In this document: positions 1 to 9,007 of the stretch, in pieces
How the letters are laid out: every line of letters begins with the position of its first letter
How positions within the stretch are numbered: the first letter of the stretch is position 1
Assembly (NCBI GenBank): GCA_963748215.1
Contig: CAVVHS010000007.1
Span: forward strand, 352,001-416,000
Length of the DNA: 64,000 nt
From: an uncultured Gammaproteobacteria bacterium
Lineage (GTDB): Bacteria > Pseudomonadota > Gammaproteobacteria > UBA9214
Direction of reading: 5' to 3'
Made by a program: the position numbers and the translations under genes
Notes under the pieces: model-generated
Database searches by the model: none
Seen by the model: only the letters and a program-made list of their open reading frames with translations
What the model was told of the DNA's origin: nothing

Positions 1-453
1 CTTGAAAAACGGGCGTGTGCCCATGTCGAACCAGTGCGTGGTGTTGGCAGGCACACTGATCAGGTCGCCGCGCTCGCACAGTACCATGTAGATGCGGTCA
101 CCGATGTGCAGGTAGAACAGGCCGCTACCGTCGACGAAAAAGCGCACCTCGAAATCCGCATGGGTATGTTCAGCGAGAAACTTGCTGCGCAGCGCAGTGG
201 CATCGGGGTGCTCCGGCGTCAGACTGACAACGTCGATAGAGCGGAAGCCATAGCGCGCGTTGAGGACCGAAACGGAATGGCGGTAGGCGTCCAGCACGGT
301 GTCCTGGTCGGCATCGGCTGCCAGTTTCCGGTCGGCCTGCCAGTGTTCGAACTCGACCCCGATGGCCTGCAGCCGCTCCGTGATGGCGGCGTGGTCGGTC
401 CAGGTTTCCGCCGGGCCGTTGCCGTCGGCGGGAGCTATGGTCAGTGTTGTCAT
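1..453 (-). CDS. mtnD: Acireductone dioxygenase (methionine salvage), 3' end runs off the window
   Basis: Not in the ORF track; read manually from the minus strand ATG at 453: MTTLTIAPADGNGPAETWTDHAAITERLQAIGVEFEHW..., with cupin motif EHTHADFEVRFFVDG; ATGA overlap with the mtnB stop. Confidence 0.85.
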   Translation of the reverse strand, partial: MTTLTIAPADGNGPAETWTDHAAITERLQAIGVEFEHWQADRKLAADADQDTVLDAYRHSVSVLNARYGFRSIDVVSLTPEHPDATALRSKFLAEHTHADFEVRFFVDGSGLFYLHIGDRIYMVLCERGDLISVPANTTHWFDMGTRPFFK

Positions 454-1088
454 GGTCGTTTCACTCCCTGCAGTCGCAGTTCGCATTCAAACAGAAATTC
501 CAGAGCCTCGACATGACGCAGCGTGTCGTCGACGCTGGCACCCCAGGTATAGAAGCCGTGGCCGCTGATCAGGTAAGCGGGCACCGGGTCGTGCACGTCC
601 ATCCAGGCGTCGACCTGTTGCGCGAGGCGTCCGATGTCCTGGTCGTTGGGAAAGTTGGGTATCACCACCTCGCAGTCGTGGGTGTCGATGCCGGGCAGCG
701 CCTTCAGCAACTCGTAGCCGCGCAGTACGCACGGCCCGCTGTCGAGACGCGACAGCAGGGTGGCGCTGGCCGGGTGCGGGTGCAGCACGGCATTGCAGTC
801 CGGAAAGCGGCGGTAGAGCTGCACGTGCAGTGCGGTTTCCGCCGAGGAACGGCGGCCGTCCAGCGTATGCCCGTCGGCATCGATCAGCATCAGCTGCAAT
901 GCGTCGAGCTTGCCCTTGTGCGCGCCGGACACGGTGATGAGGATGTCGCCGTTTGACAGCCGCGCCGAAAAATTACCGCTGGTGGCCGGTACCATGCCGC
1001 GTGCATACAGTTCCCGCCCGGCGGTGAGCAGTTCCTCGGTACGCGCGGTGATCTCCGGGCTGGCGTGTCGCGCCGCGGACATGCTCAT
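450..1088 (-). CDS. mtnB: Methylthioribulose-1-phosphate dehydratase
   Basis: C-terminal part of ORF 450..1472: ATSGNFSAR, SAETALH, GHGFYTWG class II aldolase motifs; adjacent to mtnD. Confidence 0.9.
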   Translation of the reverse strand: MSMSAARHASPEITARTEELLTAGRELYARGMVPATSGNFSARLSNGDILITVSGAHKGKLDALQLMLIDADGHTLDGRRSSAETALHVQLYRRFPDCNAVLHPHPASATLLSRLDSGPCVLRGYELLKALPGIDTHDCEVVIPNFPNDQDIGRLAQQVDAWMDVHDPVPAYLISGHGFYTWGASVDDTLRHVEALEFLFECELRLQGVKRP

Positions 1089-1104
1089 GCTGCCCGGCCA
1101 GTGC

Positions 1105-1599
1105 TCAGCCGCAGCATTTCTTGTACTTCTTGCCGCTGCCGCACGGGCAGGGATCGTTGCGCCCGACCTTGGGAGCATCGCGACGGATCTGGCCGGGACC
1201 GACCATCTTGCCGTCGTGGAAATACCAGGTATCGCCGACCTTGCGGAACTCGGCACGCTCGTGGTGCACGATCTTCTCGCCCTTGCGCCGGTAGGTGGCC
1301 CTGAATTCGACCATACCGGTGCTGCTGCCCGCGGGCATGTCGGACACATCGACGATTTCCAGGTTCTCCCACTGCGATTCCTTTGCCCAGCGCGCGGCGC
1401 CGGCCTCGTCGTAGTCGTGGCGCTGGTCCGGGTGCAGCGTCGCGGCAAGGTATGGCATGATCTGCATGGCATAGGCGGTGTAGCGCGAGCGCATCAGCGC
1501 TTCGGGGTCGGGTGCCTTGCGCGCGCCGCTGATGTAGGGCTCGCAGCAGGCCGTGTAATCCAGGCCGGAGTTGCAGGGGCAGGTCGTGATGTCGTTCAT
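1105..1599 (-). CDS. YchJ family protein with N- and C-terminal SEC-C Zn motifs
   Basis: CPCNSG...[14 protein letters not shown]-terminal [20 protein letters not shown]. Confidence 0.88.
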   Translation of the reverse strand: MNDITTCPCNSGLDYTACCEPYISGARKAPDPEALMRSRYTAYAMQIMPYLAATLHPDQRHDYDEAGAARWAKESQWENLEIVDVSDMPAGSSTGMVEFRATYRRKGEKIVHHERAEFRKVGDTWYFHDGKMVGPGQIRRDAPKVGRNDPCPCGSGKKYKKCCG

Positions 1600-1669
1600 A
1601 CCGGGTCCTTTGTCATGAGGGCGCTAATATAGCAAATTTGCCGCGGGCAATGTGGGAGGGTGACAGGTT

Positions 1670-2296
1670 TTGCAGGCGATTCTGTACTACGCGCACGACC
1701 CCATGTGCAGCTGGTGCTGGGGGTTCGCGCCGGTGTTGCGCGCGCTGGAGTCGGACCTGCCGGACGGTATCGTCCTGCAACGCCTGCTGGGCGGGCTCGC
1801 GCCCGACACCGACGCGACCATGGCGGAGGAGATGCAGCAGCGGATCCAGTCCACCTGGCGGCGGATCGAGGAGACCATCCCGGGTACGGAATTCAATTTC
1901 GATTACTGGACCCGTTGCGTGCCGCGCCGCTCGACCTGGGCATCCTGCCGTGCAGTGATCGCCGCGCGCCTGCAAGGTGCCGAAAACGACAAGCGGATGA
2001 CCGCGGCCATCCAGCGCGCCTATTACACGCAGGCACGCGACCCGTCCGACGCGGCGGTGCTGGTGGAGCTGGCGCAGGAGCTGGGACTGGACGGGGCGCG
2101 CTTTGCCGATGACCTGGACAGCGCGGCGACCCGCGCGCAGCTGGATGAGGAAATGCAGCGCTGCGAGGCATTGCGCATTTACAGTTTTCCTGCCCTGGTG
2201 CTCGCAGCCGGCGAATCGCAATGGCACATACCCGTGGACTACCGCGACAGCATACCGATGCTGGGACTGGTCCATGACTTGCTCGAGATCGACTGA
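1670..2296 (+). CDS. DsbA/FrnE-family thioredoxin-fold protein
   Basis: HDPMCSWCWGF CxxC motif, SFPAL cis-Pro loop. Confidence 0.85.
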   Translation: MQAILYYAHDPMCSWCWGFAPVLRALESDLPDGIVLQRLLGGLAPDTDATMAEEMQQRIQSTWRRIEETIPGTEFNFDYWTRCVPRRSTWASCRAVIAARLQGAENDKRMTAAIQRAYYTQARDPSDAAVLVELAQELGLDGARFADDLDSAATRAQLDEEMQRCEALRIYSFPALVLAAGESQWHIPVDYRDSIPMLGLVHDLLEID

Positions 2297-2315
2297 CCGA
2301 CAGGTATCCAAGCGA

Positions 2316-2573
2316 ATGGACATTCAACACGAATCACAGCGGCAACGCTTCGTCGTCACCATGGACGGCCTGGAATCCGTGCTGGAGTACCGGCTGCGCG
2401 ATGACAGTATCGACTTTACCCGCACCTTCGTGCCCGAGGCGCTGCGTGGACGCGGTATCGCCGAGAAGCTGGTGCGCACCGGGATCGCCTGGGCGCGCGA
2501 GCAGGGCTACGCCATGCAGGCCAGCTGCTGGTATGCAAAGCGGTTTCTCGAACGCGGCCGCAAGGGTGGGTGA
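2316..2573 (+). CDS. Small GNAT-family acetyltransferase (YjdJ-like)
   Basis: TFVPEALRGRGIA acetyl-CoA motif and ASCWYA; start at MDIQHESQ. Confidence 0.82.
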   Translation: MDIQHESQRQRFVVTMDGLESVLEYRLRDDSIDFTRTFVPEALRGRGIAEKLVRTGIAWAREQGYAMQASCWYAKRFLERGRKGG

Positions 2574-3070
2574 GACACGGCCGGCGCTGCCGTGCCCCGG
2601 CTGGGTCAACTGGATTGCCCAGGACGCCAGTGGCGTGTGGTGGGGTAAGCCCGCAGTTCTCACAGGGCGGCGTTGAGAGCGCATTTCCTGTTGAAGAAAT
2701 TGAGAGAGTGCAAAATATGCTCAGCAGGTAGTGCTTCATAACGCTGCCTATCCCGGCCCTGGCTGGTCCTCGTGCACCTGGACTTGCGATGTACAGGGAT
2801 GTTCAAGTGTCGCGTGAGACAGGAAGTCGGGAGCGACCTCTTCACTCAAGTGGTAGCTGCGGCTACCACTTTCGCTCCAGAGCTGCGTCCAGGCACACGA
2901 TTACTGCGCCAGCATCCGTGATCCCTGTGAGAACTCCGGGCTACACTGTCGAGCCGTTGCGCTGCGACACCGGCTGGTACGAGAACGAGGTCGGTCGCTG
3001 CATACGGCTTGGGACCGGCGATCCGGCCGGCTGGGAGCATTCGCTGCAGCGCGTGACGGTCAGGGCCTGA
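2566..3070 (+). pseudogene. Small Trp-rich hypothetical gene interrupted by a 295-bp MITE
   Basis: 5' part (GTG 2566..2646) encodes ...PGWVNWIAQDASGVWWG; 3' part (2942..3070) encodes YTVEPLRCDTGWYENEVGRCIRLG...; removing 295 bp joins them in frame. Confidence 0.75.
2648..2942. mobile_element. MITE-like non-autonomous element with 20-bp terminal inverted repeats
   Basis: Left AGCCCGCAGTTCTCACAGGG (2648-2667) vs right CCCTGTGAGAACTCCGGGCT (2923-2942): 19/20 inverted match; no transposase ORF; lower GC than the flanks. Confidence 0.8.
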
Positions 3071-3812
3071 TTTCAACCTGTGTCGGCAGTCCCGCACGCA
3101 GCACGCTGTCGCCCGGGTCGAAGGCAATCGTCAGGGTGTAAAGACCGTTGTTGTCGGGCTCCGCACCGATGTGCTGAATGCTGCCCTCAAAGCGTGTGTC
3201 GTTCATGTTCACTATCACGGCCTGCCCGGAACGGAAGCCTGCCAGGTTGGCCGCGTCGATCCGGGCCAGTGCATGCATGGGCCGGTCCTGCGCGAGCGTG
3301 ACGAGCGGGGTTGCCTGTTGCGTGTTGATGACGGCCATGCCGGTGCTGACGTCCACTGCCAGCACGAGCCCGGCGAACGGGGCGTGCAGGGTGCTGTATT
3401 CCATGTTCAGCTTTGCCGCGTTGTGGGCCGCGAGGGCACTCGAATAGTCGGATTGCGCGGTGGCGAAGGCGATCTCTTCCAGCTCCAGGTCATGCACCGA
3501 GATCACCGTGCGTTCGTACAGTTCGCGGGTGCGTTCCAGTTCGCGCCGGGCCTCGTCGCGGTTGAGTTCCTGCTTGCGCAGCTGCGCCCCGGCGTCAGCC
3601 AGCGCGGTCGCAAACGGGCGCTGGTCGAGTTGCAACAGCGGTTGCCCGGCGCTGACATGCTCGCCGGGGCTGACGGCCACGGAACTGATCACGCCGGAGA
3701 CCGGCGTGCTCAGTACCGCCCGCTGAGACCAGTCCAGCACGGCAGGGAAGTCCGCGGCCGCGGCCGTCGTTACCTGTGCGAGAAGCGCGAGACTAGCGAA
3801 ATGTCGTTTCAT
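3060..3812 (-). CDS. Efflux RND-type periplasmic adaptor (membrane fusion protein)
   Basis: Signal peptide, LSTPVSGVI...V.PGEHV and LHAPFAG lipoyl-like halves flanking a coiled coil. Confidence 0.85.
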   Translation of the reverse strand: MKRHFASLALLAQVTTAAAADFPAVLDWSQRAVLSTPVSGVISSVAVSPGEHVSAGQPLLQLDQRPFATALADAGAQLRKQELNRDEARRELERTRELYERTVISVHDLELEEIAFATAQSDYSSALAAHNAAKLNMEYSTLHAPFAGLVLAVDVSTGMAVINTQQATPLVTLAQDRPMHALARIDAANLAGFRSGQAVIVNMNDTRFEGSIQHIGAEPDNNGLYTLTIAFDPGDSVLRAGLPTQVEIRP

Positions 3813-5145
3813 GGTGGTCGGGTCCGGGTTGTGCTGTTGACGTGGTTTCGATCCAGGGTGACCAGGGTTCACCGGTGAGTGCGGCCAGTCGCGCCCAGTT
3901 GAGCGCGAGGGCGAATTCCGTCTGCGCATGCAGCAGCGCCGACTCGGACTGCCCGACCAGGGCATCGCCGAAATCGGTCTTCAGTTCCAGCTCATACTCG
4001 GCCTGCGCGCGGTCGAAATTCAGCGCGCGCGAGCGGGTGAAGATCTCCACCTGTTCGCGCTGCGCCTGCAGGGTCTGGATATCGAGCCAGATCTCCAGCA
4101 GGCGCTGGCGCAGCTCGTACTCCCGCTGGCGTAACTCTGCTGTCAGCCGGTACACCTCGGCCTGGGCGTGCGCCACCTCGGCGTCGACACGCCCGCCGTC
4201 GTAAAGCGGGATCTCCAGGCGCAGTTCGGCCTCGAGCGGATTGCGTGACCCGACACTGCGTTCGTTGGCGGCTGCCCCCAGCGCGGCGCTCAGCACCGGG
4301 CGCTTGCCGACGCGCTGCGCGCGAACCTGCAGGCGAGCGGCCTCCAGGTCCGCGCGCAATGACAATACACTCGGGTTTGCGGCCAGCATTGCCTCGACCA
4401 GCTGTTCGTGCTCTGGCAACGGCCGGTCATTGCCCGTCAGGTCCGGCTGAACCAGGCCGGAAGGCAGCTGTCCAGGGCGGTCGAGCAGCTGGGCCAGCAG
4501 GGCGCGTGTGCTGCGCTGGCGCGCCTGCGAGCGGCTGCGCCGCATGCGGAATTCCTGGTACCGGGTTTCCTGTGCCAGCAGGTCGATGTCCGAGAGCTGC
4601 CCGAGTTCATTGCGATCACGGCTGCGGTCGGCCTGTACGTAGGCGACTGCCATGGCCTCGTTGTCGCGAGCGAACTCGAGATCGGCCAGCAGGACGTCGA
4701 AGAAGGCCTGCATGATGGCGATGCGATGGCGCAGCAGTTCGGCATCGTTGTGCAACTGCCCGCCCGTGACATTGGTCGCTGCGGCCGACTCGAGTGCCCG
4801 GGTATGGCCAAAATCGTAAAGCCGCTTGCGTGCGAACAGGATGGCGCGGGAGTCGTTGTTGCTCTGGTCGTCGGCGGTGGAAGGCGGGTCGACAACCCGG
4901 GCCTCCAGGGCGGCGCCGATGTCGATGGCATCACGCGCCGCGATGCGGTCCGCATCCGCCTCCAGTTGTGCCAGCCGTGCGCGGCTCAGCGCCAGCGCCG
5001 GGTGGTCCGCGCCCGCCAGACGCAGTGCGTCATCGAGCGTGAGCGGTTCGGGCAGCGGATCGGCGGCCTGCGCCTGCGCGCATGACAGCAGCAGGATCAC
5101 CGCCGCCCGGGGCCAGCTTCGGCCGTTAGCCGTCCGGGTCGTCAT
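3793..5145 (-). CDS. TolC family outer membrane protein
   Basis: Signal peptide, LTLDDAL, RLYDFG and IPLYDGG repeats typical of outer membrane efflux proteins. Confidence 0.88.
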   Translation of the reverse strand: MTTRTANGRSWPRAAVILLLSCAQAQAADPLPEPLTLDDALRLAGADHPALALSRARLAQLEADADRIAARDAIDIGAALEARVVDPPSTADDQSNNDSRAILFARKRLYDFGHTRALESAAATNVTGGQLHNDAELLRHRIAIMQAFFDVLLADLEFARDNEAMAVAYVQADRSRDRNELGQLSDIDLLAQETRYQEFRMRRSRSQARQRSTRALLAQLLDRPGQLPSGLVQPDLTGNDRPLPEHEQLVEAMLAANPSVLSLRADLEAARLQVRAQRVGKRPVLSAALGAAANERSVGSRNPLEAELRLEIPLYDGGRVDAEVAHAQAEVYRLTAELRQREYELRQRLLEIWLDIQTLQAQREQVEIFTRSRALNFDRAQAEYELELKTDFGDALVGQSESALLHAQTEFALALNWARLAALTGEPWSPWIETTSTAQPGPDHHETTFR

Positions 5146-5684
5146 CCGTTCGCGTCTTGCTTGCGCCTGTCGCGTTTGTAGGCTGTGAAACTTTGCGTGC
5201 GATAGTGGCCGTCGACGACGTATTCGCCGAGCCAGAGAAATTCCTGCATATCGCCGGTCGGACCGGTATGGCGGGCGATCAGGTTGCCGTCGAGGTCGAA
5301 GAAGGCGAATACCGGTGTCGCACGTACGTTGAATTGCCTGAATGCGAAATCCTTTTGCGTGGACTGCACGCCCTTGAAGTCGGTGATTTCCAGGTCACCC
5401 TCGATGTCTACGCTGAAGATGCGAAAGTGCTTGCGGAAGTAGTCCTGCACCTCTGGCTGGTTGAGCACGGTGGTCTTCATGCGATAACAGAACGGGCAGT
5501 CCTCCTGTTCGAAGAACAGCAGGATCGCCTGTTTTTGTTCCTCGCGCGCCAGGCCGAGCTCTTCGTGGAAGTTGCCGAAGGTCTCCTGGAAGAAGAACTC
5601 GTCGGGATCACGTGCCGTGTCACCGGCCTGTGTCAGCGACAGGGTAAACACGCCGAGCAGCAGTATCATTAGCCTGGGTATCAT
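5142..5684 (-). CDS. Periplasmic thioredoxin-fold protein (SoxW-like)
   Basis: Signal peptide, FEQEDCPFC, VRATPVFAFFD. Confidence 0.8.
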   Translation of the reverse strand: MIPRLMILLLGVFTLSLTQAGDTARDPDEFFFQETFGNFHEELGLAREEQKQAILLFFEQEDCPFCYRMKTTVLNQPEVQDYFRKHFRIFSVDIEGDLEITDFKGVQSTQKDFAFRQFNVRATPVFAFFDLDGNLIARHTGPTGDMQEFLWLGEYVVDGHYRTQSFTAYKRDRRKQDANG

Positions 5685-5849
5685 GCTGGTTACCTTGTTT
5701 GCCGGGGCAGCCTCGGCTGTCTGGTGCAATCTAATGTCCGGCTATCGTCCGGTCAATACGACGCGTGACCGCCGGTCACAAGAGATGAGACAGCCGTCAT
5801 GGCCTGCGGTTCAGCAGGCGCGGGCAGGGCAGGGAGCAGCCGGCCGGGT

Positions 5850-6851
5850 TCAGTCTGCCGTCACGCTGCACGCTGTTGCCTGGCAGTGCTGCGCATCCCT
5901 GCCGCCGGCGTCGGCGCTGATATCAGCCAGGGTGTCACGATACGCGGTACTGTCGGGTGCTAATGCCACCGCGCAGCGCGCGGCATTGCGTGCCTGCTGC
6001 GGGCAGCCGGTTTGCAGCAGGGCATAGGCAAGGTTGTTCCAGCCGTCGGGATCGTCCGGGGCGAGTCGCGTCGCGCGCCGGAAGGCCTGTTCTGCCGCTG
6101 CGTGATCGGCAGCTGCATAGCGGTTGTTGCCGTATGCCATCCAGGCCAGTGCCGCGTCGGGCCAGCGCCGGATTGCAGCGGCGAACGCGTCACGCGCCGC
6201 CGCCTGCTGTGCTGATGATTCAAGGTCATGCGCGGCCTGCAGGTAGCGGGCCGGTTGTGCTGTGGCCGGTATTTGACCGGCCGGCACGATCACCTGCGCC
6301 CAGTAGTCGCCGCGTGCCCAGGTTCTTTCAAACGTGGGCAGCGTGGTGCGCCAGCGCCGGGTGGTACCGGAGCGCAGGATGATCGCGTCGTCCTCGAACC
6401 AATAGCCTACGACCACGGCATAATGCCAGCGTGGCAGCCAGTTCAGGCCGAGATTCTGAAACACCAGCACCGGGTTGCCGTGCGCAACTTCGGTGAGCAG
6501 ATCCTCGAGCGAGGGCTGCAGGGGGTAGGCCAGCATGCCGTAGTGGCGTGCGGTGGCCGTGATCTCCTGCAGCAGGCTGCCGTGCAATGCTGGCACGTAA
6601 AGACGTTCCGTCAGTGCGTCGGGTGTGATCCCGATGCCGTGCGACGCGAGCACCGTCGCCAGTGCGGCGGGTCCGCACTGATAGCGGGTTTGCGGGAAGA
6701 ACGGGGTCTGTGCGAGTTCGACGCCAGCGGCCAGTTCCGGCGGAGGCGTGTGCTGCAGGGCGCGGCTTTGCGGTGTTGCGGCGCAACCGGCCAGTATCAG
6801 CGTGCAAAGCAAAACACCCGCCAGCAGGCGGGTGTTGGTTGCATATCGCAA
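5850..6851 (-). CDS. PA2778-like C39 cysteine peptidase lipoprotein with TPR repeats
   Basis: LAGC lipobox, PFFPQ...QCGPAALA, WHYAVVVGY, C-terminal TPR (WNNLAYAL); start codon approximate. Confidence 0.85.
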   Translation of the reverse strand: MRYATNTRLLAGVLLCTLILAGCAATPQSRALQHTPPPELAAGVELAQTPFFPQTRYQCGPAALATVLASHGIGITPDALTERLYVPALHGSLLQEITATARHYGMLAYPLQPSLEDLLTEVAHGNPVLVFQNLGLNWLPRWHYAVVVGYWFEDDAIILRSGTTRRWRTTLPTFERTWARGDYWAQVIVPAGQIPATAQPARYLQAAHDLESSAQQAAARDAFAAAIRRWPDAALAWMAYGNNRYAAADHAAAEQAFRRATRLAPDDPDGWNNLAYALLQTGCPQQARNAARCAVALAPDSTAYRDTLADISADAGGRDAQHCQATACSVTAD

Positions 6852-6858
6852 GCCCGAC

Positions 6859-7248
6859 TTACCTGACCGGGTGGACGAACGGGAAGATATCGGTGGCACC
6901 GATGGCGTCGGTGATGATGAACACGATGAAGATGAGCAGGATCACGCCCAGTACGCTGTCGCCGCCGGCCTGCAGGTGCCCGATGCCCTGGTTGATACGG
7001 GCGAGTTCACTGTCAGTCAGGTGCTGCACGCGTTCGCTGGCCCATTCCGGGCTGACGCCGAGGGCCTGCAACTGCTGTTGTGCAGCCTGCCTGCCAAGCA
7101 GTTGCTGCAGGCTGTCACGGGTTTGCTGGTGGCTGCTATTGGCCAGCAGTTCGTCGTTGCCGACCATGGCGGCCTGCGCGGACAGCACCGGTGTCAGGGC
7201 AAGCAGCAGGGACAGCAGGAAAGCGAGCGGGCGTTGCAGGGTGTTCAT
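6859..7248 (-). CDS. PA2779-like small membrane protein
   Basis: Signal peptide, C-terminal hydrophobic helix and ITDAIGATDIFPFV; usual partner upstream of PA2778-like genes. Confidence 0.8.
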   Translation of the reverse strand: MNTLQRPLAFLLSLLLALTPVLSAQAAMVGNDELLANSSHQQTRDSLQQLLGRQAAQQQLQALGVSPEWASERVQHLTDSELARINQGIGHLQAGGDSVLGVILLIFIVFIITDAIGATDIFPFVHPVR

Positions 7249-7350
7249 GCGGAAATCTCCAGTGGATTTTAACTGTCAATTCAGGTCGGTTGCCCGTATT
7301 GAAACCGGGTCAATAATAGCACCAATCCCGTGCGGGAACAGGTGCGGCCG

Positions 7351-7983
7351 TTACTGCCGGTAGGCACCGGCCTGGCTGAAGGTCCGCTGTACGGGCGTCA
7401 GTTCCACGCGCCGGTTGAGGATACGGCCGGGTTCGGTGGTGTTGGGCGCCAGCGGGCGGCTTTCGCCGTGACCACGAAACGTCAGCAGCCGGGAGTCAAC
7501 GCCCTGCTCGACGAGGTAATTGTGTACGGCCCGGGCGCGCCGCTTCGACAGGTCGAGATTGTAGGGGCCGGTGCCTTCGGCGCTCGCATGACCACCGACT
7601 TCCAGTGCCTGCTGCGGATTTTCGCGCAGTGTCTTCGCAACGCTGTCGAGGACCTTTTGGGAATCCGGTGTCAGTTCATCGGAGTCGAAATGGAAGTTCA
7701 CGCCGCGCAGGATCCAGCCTCCGCTTGCGGGACGTGATGGCATATAGGCGGGATAGACGGGATAGCCGCGATAGGCATTGAAGCGATTATAGCCACTGCC
7801 GCGACCGCGGCCGCTGAAGGAGGTGCCGAAACTGAAACCGCCGTCTGCGGCGCCGTCGAACGGGCCGGCGCCGTAATAGCCGTTATGGCCATAACCGGGG
7901 CCGTAACCCCAGGCCTGGACGTGAGCGGGGGCCAGGGCGAAGCCTGACAGGGCAATAACTGCGGCGAGGACGGTAGACTTCAT
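7351..7983 (-). CDS. Secreted protein: Gly/Tyr-rich sulfur-globule-protein-like N-terminus fused to an OmpA C-terminal peptidoglycan-binding domain
   Basis: AGGAG RBS; signal peptide ending VQA|WG; GPFDGAADGGFSFGTSFSGRGRGSGY; OmpA motifs VNFHFDSD, YNLDLSKRRA, NRRVE. Confidence 0.8.
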   Translation of the reverse strand: MKSTVLAAVIALSGFALAPAHVQAWGYGPGYGHNGYYGAGPFDGAADGGFSFGTSFSGRGRGSGYNRFNAYRGYPVYPAYMPSRPASGGWILRGVNFHFDSDELTPDSQKVLDSVAKTLRENPQQALEVGGHASAEGTGPYNLDLSKRRARAVHNYLVEQGVDSRLLTFRGHGESRPLAPNTTEPGRILNRRVELTPVQRTFSQAGAYRQ

Positions 7984-8175
7984 TGCGCGATTCTCCTGCA
8001 AGATCAGTAATTAATTAAATAATTATACAGAAGCCGGGAATGGCATGGAATTAAATATTATTCCATTCTTCACAATAGGTTGCATGACTTAACGCATGCT
8101 TGCGCAATCCTTGCATCCCGGCAATACCGTACACGAAACGGGTATCGGCACGGCAGCCGGTATCCTGTGCAAACG

Positions 8176-8397
8176 CTAGCGCTTGACTGCGCTGTCACGG
8201 TAATGCGCATCGAGCCAGCAGCGCGGCAGCGGTTCACCCGAAGGAAACTGCAGGTCGGACTTGTTGAATTTTTCCGGGTCCTGGACCTCTTCCCCGTGCT
8301 GGTAGCGCCCCACCACGCGTTTGCAGAACGGGTCGAACAGGTCGTTCAGTGACAGTATCTCAACCAGGTCGTCCTTGGTGCTGTGCTTCAGAAACAT
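8176..8397 (-). CDS. Conserved small hypothetical protein
   Basis: GGAGG RBS; GEEVQDPE.F.K..L.FPSGE.LPRCW looks like a conserved small family. Confidence 0.75.
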   Translation of the reverse strand: MFLKHSTKDDLVEILSLNDLFDPFCKRVVGRYQHGEEVQDPEKFNKSDLQFPSGEPLPRCWLDAHYRDSAVKR

Positions 8398-8489
8398 TGT
8401 ATCCTCCAGGCAGGCTTATTCAATGAGCATCCGGCAAGTATAGTCTTTATTGCGGGCGTTTGTCCGCACCTCACACACCATGGACCGCT

Positions 8490-8882
8490 ATGGACGACCG
8501 GGTTTTCCGTATTGACGATGTAGCCGACGACCCGCGCCGGCTGACGCAGTCCGTGCTGCAGATCACGGCGCTGCTTGGCCTGTACCAGGCCGAGCTCGCG
8601 CGCATCCTGTGCATCAAATGCAAGGACATCGGGCAACTCGCGTCCGGCCGCCGTTGCCTGGAACCGGGCAGCGAGCCATGGCGGCAGGCCCGGCGCCTGG
8701 TGCGTCTCTACCAGGCCCTGTATGCCCGGCAGGATGGCAACGGTGCCGCTATGTGTCACTGGCTGCGGGTGCCGCAGCCGGTGCTCGGCGGCGTGCCGCA
8801 CCTGCTGATGGTCGACGATGGCCGGCTGGCAGACGTGGTCCACTGCCTGGAGGAGGCAGCTGGCCCGCCGACAACCGTGTGA
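8490..8882 (+). CDS. Xre/MbcA/ParS-type antitoxin-like protein (HTH plus toxin-binding domain)
   Basis: LGLYQAELARIL HTH; WLRVPQPVLGGVPHLLM C-terminal motif. Confidence 0.65.
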   Translation: MDDRVFRIDDVADDPRRLTQSVLQITALLGLYQAELARILCIKCKDIGQLASGRRCLEPGSEPWRQARRLVRLYQALYARQDGNGAAMCHWLRVPQPVLGGVPHLLMVDDGRLADVVHCLEEAAGPPTTV

Positions 8883-9007
8883 CGTATAACCCGCATGGTC
8901 CGCATGATTGATTTGCAAATGCAGTGCCGGACATGGAGTATCTCCACGCATACCCGGGTGCATCGCGGTCCGGTGCGGCCATCGACACAACATGACGGAG
9001 AACAGTC

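Noticed and set aside
2416-2845. Minus-strand ORFs MKHYLLSIF... and MKRSLPTS...
   Set aside because: Both start inside the MITE and have no transposase or other motifs.
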